Below, piece by piece: positions 24,192-33,710 of a DNA stretch of 64,000 nt. The stretch is taken from positions 2,979,342-3,043,341 of the forward strand of contig OY821645.1 in the NCBI GenBank assembly GCA_963682135.1. The letters run 5' to 3'. Numbering within the stretch: position 1 is the first letter of the stretch; each line of letters starts with the position of its first letter. The notes under the pieces were generated by a model, which did not search any database, was not told the origin of the DNA, and saw only the letters and a program-made list of their open reading frames with translations. The position numbers and the translations under genes were made by a program. This stretch comes from Methanothrix sp. Lineage in GTDB: Archaea; Halobacteriota; Methanosarcinia; Methanotrichales; Methanotrichaceae.

Positions 24192-26471
24192 TCAGGCGTA
24201 CATCTCTCCGCGCTCCACTTCCCGTGAGGCTTTCTTGCGCAACTCCGCTGCCAATTTGGAATAGTACTTCATGGTGTCGGGGGTAACCGAGGGTCCGATC
24301 TCCTGCAAAGCCGCCAGGAAATGCTTCTGGCCGATCTTCTCTGCCGCCATATCCTCTCGCAAGGCCAGCCGCCCGGCTTTACGCACCACCGCAGCGATAT
24401 CAGCTCCCGTGTACTGGTCAGTGAGGTCAATCAGCTCGTCGATATTGATGTCGTCCGCCAAAGGCGCTCTTTTCAGATGCACCTGGAAGATCTTCCTGCG
24501 GGACTCCTTGTCAGGCACAGGAGCTAAAATCAGTTCGTCAAAGCGTCCCGGTCGCAAGAGCGCCGGATCGATGATATCCGGCCGGTTGGTGGCCCCAATT
24601 ACTACCACTCCTCTCAACTCCTCCAGGCCGTCCATCTCACTTAAGAGCTGGTTTACGACTCGCTCCGTGACATGCGGCTCTCCTGCGCCTCCGCCGCCAC
24701 GCATGGGCACCAGCGCATCCAGCTCATCCAGGAAGATGATGGACGGAGCCACTTGCCTTGCTTTTTTGAATATCTCTTCCACTCTCTTCTCGCTCTCTCC
24801 ATACCACTTGGAGAGCAGCGCAGATCCTTTGACCGTGATGAAGTTGGCTTCGCTCTCATTGGCCACCGCCTTGGCAAGCATGGTCTTGCCCGTTCCCGGA
24901 GGCCCGTAGAGCAGAATTCCCTTGGGCGCCTCAATCCCTAGGCGGCGAAAACTCTCGGCGTTTCTAAGCGGCCACTCCACCGCCTCCACAAGAAGCTGCT
25001 TGACTTCTTCCAGGCCGCCAATGTCCTCCCAACTGACACTCGGAACCTCAACTAAAATCTCCCTCATAGCCGAAGGAGAGACCTCTCGCATGGCTGCCTC
25101 AAAGTCGTCCTTTTGCACAATGAGCCGGTCCAGGATCTCTTTGGGAATGGTGGGCTCTTCCAGATCTATCTCCGGAAGAATGCGGCGCAGAGCATTCATG
25201 GCCGCCTCCCGGCCCACTGCCGAGATATCCGCGCCTACGAAACCGTAGGTTCTCTTGGCAAAGTCCTCCAAAACGACATCCTCGTGCAAAGGCATGCCGC
25301 GCGTGTGAATCTGAAAGATCTCCATGCGTCCTTCCATATCAGGAACGCCCAGCTCGATCTCCCGGTCGAACCTGCCCGGCCTGCGAAGGGCCATATCCAG
25401 CGCCTCGGGCCGGTTGGTGGAGCCGATTACTATTACGTTCTTTCTCTCTTTCAGGCCGTCCATGAGCGATAAGAGCTGAGCCACAACGCGCCTTTCCACC
25501 TCGCCGGTGACGTCGCCGCGCTTGGGTGCAATGGAGTCCAGCTCATCCAGGAAAATTATGGCAGGGGTGTTCTTCTCCGCCTCTTCGAACAGATCTCGCA
25601 GCGCCTTCTCGCTCTCACCATAGTACTTGGACATTATCTCCGGGCCGTTGATGCTTATGAAGTAAGCGTCACTCTCATTGGCCACGGCTTTGGCGAGCAT
25701 TGTCTTTCCTGTGCCGGGCGGGCCGTGCAGGAGAACGCCCTTGGGCGGATCAATTCCCAGGCGGTCAAAGAGCTCGGGATGTTTGAGGGGAAGCTCAATC
25801 ATCTCCCTGACCTTGGTAATCACCGGCTTCAATCCGCCAACATCTTCGTAAACTACCGAGGGCACAGAACGCTGCGGCGTCTCTACAGCCTGAGGTAAAA
25901 GCTCAATGTCGGTTCCTTCTGTGATCTTGACAATTCCGCCCGGGCTGGTGGAGATCACTCTCAGCTTGATCTCGCCCAGGCCAAAAGCTTGAGCTCCTAA
26001 AAAGCCGCGGAATATCTCCTCAAACATGGTCTCTCGGCCCATGGAGTCGGTGGGCGGCTTTCGCACGCTGGTCGTAGAGATGATATCTCCTTTTGTCAGC
26101 GGCCGGCCATTGAAGACCTTGGTGAGGACGTCCCCGGGAGCAAAGATCTGCATCCCTTGCGTGACGGGGGCCAGGGTTACATGCTTGGCCTCATTCCAGA
26201 CCGCCTTCTTGACCTCTGCATACTGGCCTATGCTCGTTCCGGCGTTGGACCTGATCAGACCGTCCATCCTTATCATGTCAAGCCCCTGATCCTGGGAGTA
26301 GGCACTGACCGCCAGAGCTGCCGTTGACCTTGAACCTAACAGCTCAACTACATCTAAGGGACGTGCGCCTATTCTCTCCAGAAAATCCTCGCCAATCCTG
26401 ACGATGCCTTTTCCTACATCGCCCTGATTGGCCTCGGAAACCTTCAGCCTGACGCTTTCTCCTTCAGTCAT
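24192..26471 (-). CDS. cdc48: CDC48/VAT family AAA+ ATPase (copy 2, HbYX tail)
   Basis: Two AAA modules [14 protein letters not shown]; C-terminus GEMYA. Confidence 0.95.
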   Translation of the reverse strand: MTEGESVRLKVSEANQGDVGKGIVRIGEDFLERIGARPLDVVELLGSRSTAALAVSAYSQDQGLDMIRMDGLIRSNAGTSIGQYAEVKKAVWNEAKHVTLAPVTQGMQIFAPGDVLTKVFNGRPLTKGDIISTTSVRKPPTDSMGRETMFEEIFRGFLGAQAFGLGEIKLRVISTSPGGIVKITEGTDIELLPQAVETPQRSVPSVVYEDVGGLKPVITKVREMIELPLKHPELFDRLGIDPPKGVLLHGPPGTGKTMLAKAVANESDAYFISINGPEIMSKYYGESEKALRDLFEEAEKNTPAIIFLDELDSIAPKRGDVTGEVERRVVAQLLSLMDGLKERKNVIVIGSTNRPEALDMALRRPGRFDREIELGVPDMEGRMEIFQIHTRGMPLHEDVVLEDFAKRTYGFVGADISAVGREAAMNALRRILPEIDLEEPTIPKEILDRLIVQKDDFEAAMREVSPSAMREILVEVPSVSWEDIGGLEEVKQLLVEAVEWPLRNAESFRRLGIEAPKGILLYGPPGTGKTMLAKAVANESEANFITVKGSALLSKWYGESEKRVEEIFKKARQVAPSIIFLDELDALVPMRGGGGAGEPHVTERVVNQLLSEMDGLEELRGVVVIGATNRPDIIDPALLRPGRFDELILAPVPDKESRRKIFQVHLKRAPLADDINIDELIDLTDQYTGADIAAVVRKAGRLALREDMAAEKIGQKHFLAALQEIGPSVTPDTMKYYSKLAAELRKKASREVERGEMYA

Positions 26472-26592
26472 GCAATTACGAATATTGGCACCTATTTTTT
26501 AAGTAGTTTGCGATTTACTGCATTTTTGCATTATTCGAAGGATATATCTCCGAAGAGCGCTCACTACAGCTCGCTAGGGAGCTGACACTATC

Positions 26593-28782
26593 ATGCAAGG
26601 CGCTAAAGACAAATTTCCCCATCTTCCCGAAAGGATCTCTGGATTGCGAGAGCTGGCCTATAACCTCTGGTGGAGCTGGCACCCGGAAGGCCGGGCTCTC
26701 TTCAAGCTCCTCAACCGCCGGGGATGGTATCTGAGCAACCACAACCCCGTAAAGATGATCAACCGCATGGATGGCGTCGCTCTGGAGGCCGCGGCATCCG
26801 ACCCGCACTTTCTGAGGCACTATGAAGCCGTCATGATCCGGTTCAACAGCTACATGGACCCATCCTCAGGATGGTTCTGCAGTCGTGTCGATCAGCCGGA
26901 TAAGTGCAAGATCGCCTACTTCTCAGCCGAGTACGGCCTTCACCACGCCCTTCCCTTCTATGCAGGCGGCCTGGGCTTTTTGGCAGGAGACTTTCTCAAG
27001 GAGTGCAGCGACCTGGGGCTGCCTCTTGTGGCTGTAGGGTTCATGTATCCACAAGGATATCTCCGCCAGATGATCTCGCCGGACGGCTGGCAGATGGGAG
27101 CCTGCGAGATGATGGATAGGGAGAATGCACCTATTAGAAAGATGGAAGATGCTAATGGCGATCCGATCAACATCAAAGTGCCGATCATGGACCCACCCAT
27201 CTATTTAGAGGTCTGGATGGTTCAGGTGGGAAAGACCAGCCTTTACTTGATAGATACCTCCAGCGAGGCCAACGATCCCTGGAATCGGGTCATATCCGAC
27301 CGGCTTTATACCGGTGATCTGGAGCAGCGCCTGCGCCAGGAGATAGTCCTGGGCATAGGGGGTGTGCGCGTCTTGCGTCATCTGGGTGTGGACTATTCCG
27401 TTCTTCACTGCAACGAGGGCCATCCTGCTTTTGCCATCCTGGAGAGAATTCGGGAGAAGGTAGAGGAAGGAACGAGCTATGCAGATGCTTTCGAGCAGGT
27501 CCGGAGTACCACGGTCTTCACTACCCACACGCCTGTTCCTGCCGGCCATGATGTCTTTTCCTTTAAATTAATGGACAAGTACTTCGGCTCATACCTTCCC
27601 ACACTTGATCTCTCTCGAGATGAGCTATTTCGCCTGGGAATGAATCCGGCCAAACCGGAAGGCTTTAACATGACTGCTTTTGCCCTGCGCTGCAGTGCTT
27701 TTAGAAATGCGGTGAGCAAGAAGCATGGAGAAGTCAGCCGGGATATGTGGCAGCAGCTTTGGCCGGATCTCGAGGTGGACAGAGTTCCCATTGAGCACAT
27801 CACCAATGGGGTGCATGTTCCTACCTGGATTGACCGGCGTCTGGGTGATGAAATATTAAACCGCTACCTTGGACGAACTTGGTTGGAGGAGCACGACCAG
27901 CCGGCTATCTGGCAATTAGTCGATGAGATACCGGACAACGTTATCTGGGAGCATCATCGTTTCATGAAAGAGATGGCAATTGCCAAGATAAGAGAAAGGG
28001 CCCGCAACAAATGGCGCAAATCCGGTTCAGACTTCAACAATGTCATGGCCTCAGGGGTGCTGCTCGATCCGGCTGCTCTCACCCTGGGCTTTGCCAGGCG
28101 CTTCGCCTCCTACAAACGGCCCACCCTCCTCATGCAGGATATGGCCCGTCTGGCTAGAATCGTAGGCGATCCCAGCAGGCCGGTGCAAATCATCTTTGCC
28201 GGCAAAGCTCATCAGGATGATCAACAGAGCAAGCAGCTCCTGCAAATGGTCTTCAATGCCGCCAAGGACCAGTCCTTCGGAGGGCGCATCGCCTTTGTAG
28301 AGGATTACGATGAGCTCCTGGCGCAGTATCTGGTGCATGGCGTTGATGTCTGGGTCAACAATCCTCTGCCGCCCATGGAAGCGAGCGGAACGAGCGGCAT
28401 GAAAGCCACCTTGAACGGCGTGCCTCAGCTTTCCATCCTGGACGGATGGTGGATCGAAGGCTACAATGGAAAGAACGGCTGGGCTGTGGAGGGCGCAGGA
28501 GAGGGGCCCGACAGAGACGCACGCGACGCAGCGGCCATCTACGATCTGCTGGAAAAGGATATTGTGCCGCTGTTCTACGATGTGGACGAGGATGGTGTCT
28601 CACACGGCTGGGCGGCTGTCATGAAGGAGGCCATCAAGATGGCCGGGCAGGGCTTTTCCGCTCGCAGGATGGCCAAGGAGTACACGGACCGGTTCTATAG
28701 AAAAGCACTGGAGTCGGCCATGAAGATGGAAAGATCCGGGGTAAGAGAGAGCGCCAAAGGGGATATCTTCGGCGGGATCTAG
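26593..28782 (+). CDS. glgP: Alpha-glucan (glycogen/maltodextrin) phosphorylase
   Basis: AYNLWWSW, YAGGLGFLAGD, NEGHPAF, FARRFASYKR, PLP site EASGTSGMK. Confidence 0.95.
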   Translation: MQGAKDKFPHLPERISGLRELAYNLWWSWHPEGRALFKLLNRRGWYLSNHNPVKMINRMDGVALEAAASDPHFLRHYEAVMIRFNSYMDPSSGWFCSRVDQPDKCKIAYFSAEYGLHHALPFYAGGLGFLAGDFLKECSDLGLPLVAVGFMYPQGYLRQMISPDGWQMGACEMMDRENAPIRKMEDANGDPINIKVPIMDPPIYLEVWMVQVGKTSLYLIDTSSEANDPWNRVISDRLYTGDLEQRLRQEIVLGIGGVRVLRHLGVDYSVLHCNEGHPAFAILERIREKVEEGTSYADAFEQVRSTTVFTTHTPVPAGHDVFSFKLMDKYFGSYLPTLDLSRDELFRLGMNPAKPEGFNMTAFALRCSAFRNAVSKKHGEVSRDMWQQLWPDLEVDRVPIEHITNGVHVPTWIDRRLGDEILNRYLGRTWLEEHDQPAIWQLVDEIPDNVIWEHHRFMKEMAIAKIRERARNKWRKSGSDFNNVMASGVLLDPAALTLGFARRFASYKRPTLLMQDMARLARIVGDPSRPVQIIFAGKAHQDDQQSKQLLQMVFNAAKDQSFGGRIAFVEDYDELLAQYLVHGVDVWVNNPLPPMEASGTSGMKATLNGVPQLSILDGWWIEGYNGKNGWAVEGAGEGPDRDARDAAAIYDLLEKDIVPLFYDVDEDGVSHGWAAVMKEAIKMAGQGFSARRMAKEYTDRFYRKALESAMKMERSGVRESAKGDIFGGI

Positions 28783-28835
28783 ACAAAGGGTTTATCTACC
28801 TTCATGCCAACCCGATTGTTTCAAAGGTCATCACC

Positions 28836-29906
28836 ATGATTTCTAAAGAAGATATTCAGAAGATTTTGAAGGGATACGATAAGAACGACCTTACCATTGC
28901 TACCATCTGCTCACACAGCAGCCTGCAAATTTTCCATGGTGCGCGTATGGAGGGCTTCAAAACCATAGGAATCTGCATCGGTCAGCCTCCTCGGTTCTAT
29001 GATGCCTTTCCCTTAGCAAAGCCGGATAAGTTCTTCTCAGTGGAGAGCTACAAGGCACTCCTGGATTATGCCGAGGATCTCGTAGCCGAGAATGTAATAA
29101 TTATTCCGCATGGCTCTTTGGTTGAGTATCTGGGGATCGAGAAGTTTGAGTCGCTGGCCGTTCCCACCTTCGGAAACAGGCGCGTTTTAGCCTGGGAGAG
29201 CGACCGGGAGATGGAAAGAGAATGGCTTCTCAAAGCCGGGGTAAATGTTCCCATGCGATTTGAGACTGCGGACGATATCGACCGGCCTGTCATTATCAAG
29301 TATCACGGCGCTAAAGGCGGGCGAGGCTTCTTCATTGCCAAGACAAAAGATGAGCTGCTCTCGAAGATGAAAGCGGAGGAGAAGTACACCATTCAGGAGT
29401 TTATCCTGGGCACCAGATATTATATTCATTTCTTCTATTCGCCCATTAAAGATGAAGGATACCAGCTTAGCAAGGGATCTTTACAGATGCTGGGCATCGA
29501 TCGGCGTGTCGAGTCCAATGCCGACGAGATCTTTCGCATAGGAAGCATGAAAGAGCTGGCAGAAGCCGGCATCTATCCCAGCTTCGTGGTCACGGGCAAC
29601 CTGCCGCTCGTCCTTCGCGAGTCTCTTCTGCCCCGTGCCTTTGAGCTGGGAGAGAGAGTCGTGGAAACCAGCCTGGATCTCTTTGGCGGGATGATAGGCG
29701 CCTTCAGCCTGGAGACCATAGTCACCGACGAGCTGGAGTTCAAGGTCTTCGAGATCTCTGCCAGAATCGTGGCGGGCACTAATCTCTACATGAGCGGATC
29801 ACCCTACTCGGACCTCATACAGCCCGGCCTCTCCAATGGTCGGCGTATAGCCCAGGAGATCAAATTGGCCAACGAGAGGAATCTGTTGCACGAGATTGTA
29901 TCTTAA
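28836..29906 (+). CDS. purP: Formate--AICAR ligase PurP family (ATP-grasp)
   Basis: ICSHSSLQI, IPHGSLVEY, GAKGGRGFF, FEISARIVAGTN. Confidence 0.9.
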   Translation: MISKEDIQKILKGYDKNDLTIATICSHSSLQIFHGARMEGFKTIGICIGQPPRFYDAFPLAKPDKFFSVESYKALLDYAEDLVAENVIIIPHGSLVEYLGIEKFESLAVPTFGNRRVLAWESDREMEREWLLKAGVNVPMRFETADDIDRPVIIKYHGAKGGRGFFIAKTKDELLSKMKAEEKYTIQEFILGTRYYIHFFYSPIKDEGYQLSKGSLQMLGIDRRVESNADEIFRIGSMKELAEAGIYPSFVVTGNLPLVLRESLLPRAFELGERVVETSLDLFGGMIGAFSLETIVTDELEFKVFEISARIVAGTNLYMSGSPYSDLIQPGLSNGRRIAQEIKLANERNLLHEIVS

Positions 29907-29927
29907 TATCGCATTTTAGATCGCATC

Positions 29928-31169
29928 TTGAATCTGAAAAGAAAGGCTTATCTTGGAGTGGTCAGTAGATGTGCCAGTATGTCAGGCCTGATTAAGACCT
30001 TCCAAGAGGCCACGCTGCTTCAGTGCGGCTTTTTAGAGAAGTTGCTGGATCTGGAAATGGCAAACGTTGCTGCCTTTTCCGACTCCATGGTGGAGTTTTT
30101 GAGACCGTCGCCGGACAACAGGTTCGTCTATGGCCTTGCAGCGGGCAGGTCCGCCCTCGCTCTTTACAGCTTCTTGCAGCTTATCCAAAACCACTTTGAT
30201 AATGTATTTCCGTTCACCCTCGAGGACCCGGTGCAAAGGCACTACCGCAAGGGGAAGAATCTGGGGATTGCCATCTCCGGTTCCGGAGAAACACTGGCTG
30301 TAAATAAATATATTGATGATATCATCTCTCTGGGAGGTGACATCAAGCTGATAACTGCCAATGAGAATGGAACCGCCTATAAGATGGTGAGCGAGTACGA
30401 AAGGGGATCGGTTCTGGTTTTCACGGCCAGGACAAAACAGTCCACCGATAAGGATACAAGGTCGCGTCTCTCGCCCATGGGCACTGAGTTTGAGCTGCAG
30501 GTACTGGCCTTCTTAAATGCCCTTTTCGCAGATATCCAGTCCCGGCTGAAGGGAGTATGCGATCCTGCCTGTCCGCAATATCGCTCCACGATAAGGGACT
30601 ATGAAGAGAATGCTCGACTCATCTCCCAAATGGACCCTGAGCAACTGGAGCACTGGTTTAGCAGGCTGCTGCCCAGGAGCGGCAGATACATCGTCGGCGG
30701 GGTGGGAAGATCAGGCCTGGTGGCCCGCGCTTTTGAGATGAGGTTCACCCATTTGAATAAGATCAGCTACTGGGAGAGAGATTTCAATACGCCCAGCTTT
30801 CAGATTGGAGACGTTTACATTCCCATAACCGGCATTGGCAACACCTATGAGGCTTTAGAGGGAACGGTTACGGCTCTGAGCAAGGGAGCTGATGTGATGC
30901 CCATTACCGCCAATCCCTCTTCCCGGCAGGTCATGATGCTCAAGAAGCACGGCAGGGAGAAGGACATCGCCGTGATACCTGTAAAGCCGGAATACAGGGA
31001 GCTGTTCCTGGGAGACACCAGCTCCACCACCTGGCTGATGTCTGAATACACCAAGTTACGCTATCCGATATTTGAGATCAATGCATCGGTGTTCACCAAT
31101 AGCGTGGTGGCTGTGGGCGCGGAGTTTCTGGGCATCCTGGAAACGGGCATGAGAAGGATGCACGTCTAG
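29928..31169 (+). CDS. Tandem SIS-domain protein, 6-phospho-3-hexuloisomerase (Phi/HxlB)-like
   Basis: Two Phi-like halves: AGRSAL…ISGSGET…PMGTEFE and GVGRSGLVARAFEMRF…IFE…MRRMH. Confidence 0.75.
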   Translation: MNLKRKAYLGVVSRCASMSGLIKTFQEATLLQCGFLEKLLDLEMANVAAFSDSMVEFLRPSPDNRFVYGLAAGRSALALYSFLQLIQNHFDNVFPFTLEDPVQRHYRKGKNLGIAISGSGETLAVNKYIDDIISLGGDIKLITANENGTAYKMVSEYERGSVLVFTARTKQSTDKDTRSRLSPMGTEFELQVLAFLNALFADIQSRLKGVCDPACPQYRSTIRDYEENARLISQMDPEQLEHWFSRLLPRSGRYIVGGVGRSGLVARAFEMRFTHLNKISYWERDFNTPSFQIGDVYIPITGIGNTYEALEGTVTALSKGADVMPITANPSSRQVMMLKKHGREKDIAVIPVKPEYRELFLGDTSSTTWLMSEYTKLRYPIFEINASVFTNSVVAVGAEFLGILETGMRRMHV

Positions 31170-31427
31170 ACATTGCGAGAATGAAATGGGGATGATTCCG
31201 GGCGAAAATGGCGGCTAAGCCCGGGGTCGTCCATGTCTAAAGTTCCGCTGTCGCCCATCAGCTGGACCGATTCGCTCAATTATGACGCAACTCTTTAAAA
31301 ACCTTGCAGGATTCTTCATTCTTTTGCTGCGCAATATAAGATTACGGGCAATGCAGCGACCTTTGAACGTTATATAGACCATATGAAAATATATACCATT
31401 GTCTACAATGTAATCAAAGGTGAAAAG

Positions 31428-32141
31428 ATGAATGCCAAGTTGTTGATGCCATCAGTGGTTTTTGCCGTCTTATTTCTTCTAATGGCAACCACTTCAGCCC
31501 AGTCGCTTCCCTACGATCAATATCCTTACGGACCTGACTATCAGGGGCCATATGATCCAACTGATCCCAATTATCCGGGACAGGACTATCCAAATTATCC
31601 CACAGACCCCTACTATCCTGGGAATCAACAGGGTCCTGTGACCGATCCCAGCTCAAGTGGCGGCAATGAAGGACACCCTGCCGAGGGACCAAGCAGCTCA
31701 GAGCCTCTTTCCGCACCATCGGGCTCCAATACAGAAGCCTTGAATTATGCTGAGGGAGAGTCTCTGAGCCTGCAAGAGGTCTCAAGCAGCGGAATGATGG
31801 CCTCGGGAAGCGGACCCGCCACCTCTGCCGACAGATCGATGGCCTTTATGATGACATCCGGCTTGCAGATCTGGACAAGATACAATGGCATGTGGACAAC
31901 CAATCCCGCTTCGGTATTCTTTTGGAGAAGCACCAGCATTCTCTCTTACAACGATCAGGCTCAAAGGGTGTGGTCCTGGGAGGGGTACCCCAGAGGACGG
32001 CAGGTCTGGAGCAACCAGGGTTACAGAATGCCAGGATACTTCCACGGCCGGTTTACCGGTGATGAACGGGGCTGGCACCGGCTGGCCATTTGGGGCAGCA
32101 GATCCGGCTGGAGCAATGTTCTCTGGATCTATGTATGGTGA
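31428..32141 (+). CDS. Secreted protein with Pro/Tyr/Asp-rich N-terminal repeats
   Basis: AAGGTGA RBS, signal peptide, DPNYPGQDYPNYPTDPYYPG low-complexity region, Trp-rich C-terminal domain. Confidence 0.75.
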   Translation: MNAKLLMPSVVFAVLFLLMATTSAQSLPYDQYPYGPDYQGPYDPTDPNYPGQDYPNYPTDPYYPGNQQGPVTDPSSSGGNEGHPAEGPSSSEPLSAPSGSNTEALNYAEGESLSLQEVSSSGMMASGSGPATSADRSMAFMMTSGLQIWTRYNGMWTTNPASVFFWRSTSILSYNDQAQRVWSWEGYPRGRQVWSNQGYRMPGYFHGRFTGDERGWHRLAIWGSRSGWSNVLWIYVW

Positions 32142-32229
32142 AGTGAGAATTGCACAGGTGCCGGGAGTATGAGCAATCTCTCGGCCTCTCTATTCACTAT
32201 TATTCATATGAATATAAGCAACCTTGATC

Positions 32230-33033
32230 TCAAAGCCCCCCGTACCTTCGCACGTGCTCCCAGGCTCGATGATCCTCCGGGAACCGCTCCTTTCGGGTGT
32301 AGATGGATGCATCCTCCCGCCCGAACAGCTTTCGGTCCTCGCCCACCGGGCAGACCTTGATGCATATCCCGCAGGGCGAGATGCCCCGGCTGTTCAGTTC
32401 AGCACTCCGGCCAGTGCAGCTCTTTTTATCAGTGAGCCCTTGCGGATAGTCCTTCTCATCCAGAGCCTTCACCGGGCACATCTTGACGCAGCGCATGCAG
32501 CGGGTGCATAGCTCTTCTTTCATGAGAGGATCAGAGGATAGCTCTGCCGCAGTGAAGACGCTGCCAAAGCGCACCCGAGGGCCAAATTGAGGGGTGAGCA
32601 GCATATTGTTCGTCCCGAAATTGCCCAGGCCTGCCAGGAGGGCAGCGTGTCTGTGAGAGAAGAAGGCCACCGGATTTTTGAGCAGGGCCTTGATGCCGAA
32701 GTATCCGTCACGAGGAACGAAGACAGATGGGTGGCCCTTTTCGCTCAGAAAATTGGCCAGTCGGTAGGTGTACTGATCGAGCAGGCTATTCACTGTGTTG
32801 TACAGCTCCCGGTAGTAAATGGATGGCGCGCTCTCCAGCACAGGCAGGCTGACTGGCAGGCCAATGACAATTACCGATTTTGCCTGGGAAAATATGGACT
32901 GAGGATAAAACTCCTCCGGCATCCAGGGCTGAAAGGGTGGGTCCTTCCAGCGCTCTACACTCGCTACTCCCAGCAAGGGTATCTCCATCTTCTTGCATCT
33001 CATCCGGATAGCTCTCAATAGATCTTCACTCAT
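32230..33033 (-). CDS. QueG/reductive-dehalogenase-like 4Fe-4S protein
   Basis: SHRHAALLAGLGNFG…GPRVRF, CTRCMRCVKMCP, CGICIKVCP. Confidence 0.85.
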   Translation of the reverse strand: MSEDLLRAIRMRCKKMEIPLLGVASVERWKDPPFQPWMPEEFYPQSIFSQAKSVIVIGLPVSLPVLESAPSIYYRELYNTVNSLLDQYTYRLANFLSEKGHPSVFVPRDGYFGIKALLKNPVAFFSHRHAALLAGLGNFGTNNMLLTPQFGPRVRFGSVFTAAELSSDPLMKEELCTRCMRCVKMCPVKALDEKDYPQGLTDKKSCTGRSAELNSRGISPCGICIKVCPVGEDRKLFGREDASIYTRKERFPEDHRAWEHVRRYGGL

Positions 33034-33215
33034 AGTAGTGACTCTATTCGCTATCAATGGATAAAAAGATCTGCACCAGATTTGCAATGGCCGTTATCAT
33101 TATTAACCTATAATCATTAAAGAATTAATTTAAAATCATTAATGGTTACCCAAGGCAAGCGTTATATAGTTTTTCATGCTTAATGCTGATATATATGTAA
33201 ATAACGGGGGCAAAT

Positions 33216-33692
33216 ATGATCGATGCCGAAAAGGAGAAGCTGGAGCGAATAATCAAAAAATATGAGGGAAAAGAAGGTTTTCTAATCCAATTGCTCTTAG
33301 ATTTGCAAAGCGAGCTGCATTGGATCTCCAAAGAAGCAATCAAGGAGCTTTCCCTGAGGCTTAAGATTCCAGTAAGCCGGATCTTCAGGGTGGCGAGCTT
33401 CTACAAAGCCATGAATCTCTCTCCTGTAGGCCGGCATAACGTATGCGTTTGTATGGGAACCGCCTGCCAGGTGCGGGGCGCTCAGAGACTGCTGGATGCA
33501 ACCGAATCCAAATTGGGCATAAAATCAGGCCAGACTACACCGGACCGTAGCTTCACATTAAATCGGGTCAATTGCCTGGGATGCTGCGCCATCGGTCCTG
33601 TAATGATAGTAGATGATGATTATCATGGTCGGGTGGACTCCAAGAAGGTAAAGTTGTTATTAGGTCAGCTTGCATCCGATAGTCAGAACTAG
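33216..33692 (+). CDS. NuoE/HydC-like 2Fe-2S subunit
   Basis: VASFY, CMGTACQVRG, CLGCCAIGP. Confidence 0.92.
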   Translation: MIDAEKEKLERIIKKYEGKEGFLIQLLLDLQSELHWISKEAIKELSLRLKIPVSRIFRVASFYKAMNLSPVGRHNVCVCMGTACQVRGAQRLLDATESKLGIKSGQTTPDRSFTLNRVNCLGCCAIGPVMIVDDDYHGRVDSKKVKLLLGQLASDSQN

Positions 33693-33710
33693 GAAAAAAA
33701 TGGGGTAGAG

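Noticed and set aside
31190-31232. Possible archaeal SECIS element (GAAA…A in a stem-loop)
   Set aside because: No apical GC stem after GAA and no in-frame UGA in neighbouring genes
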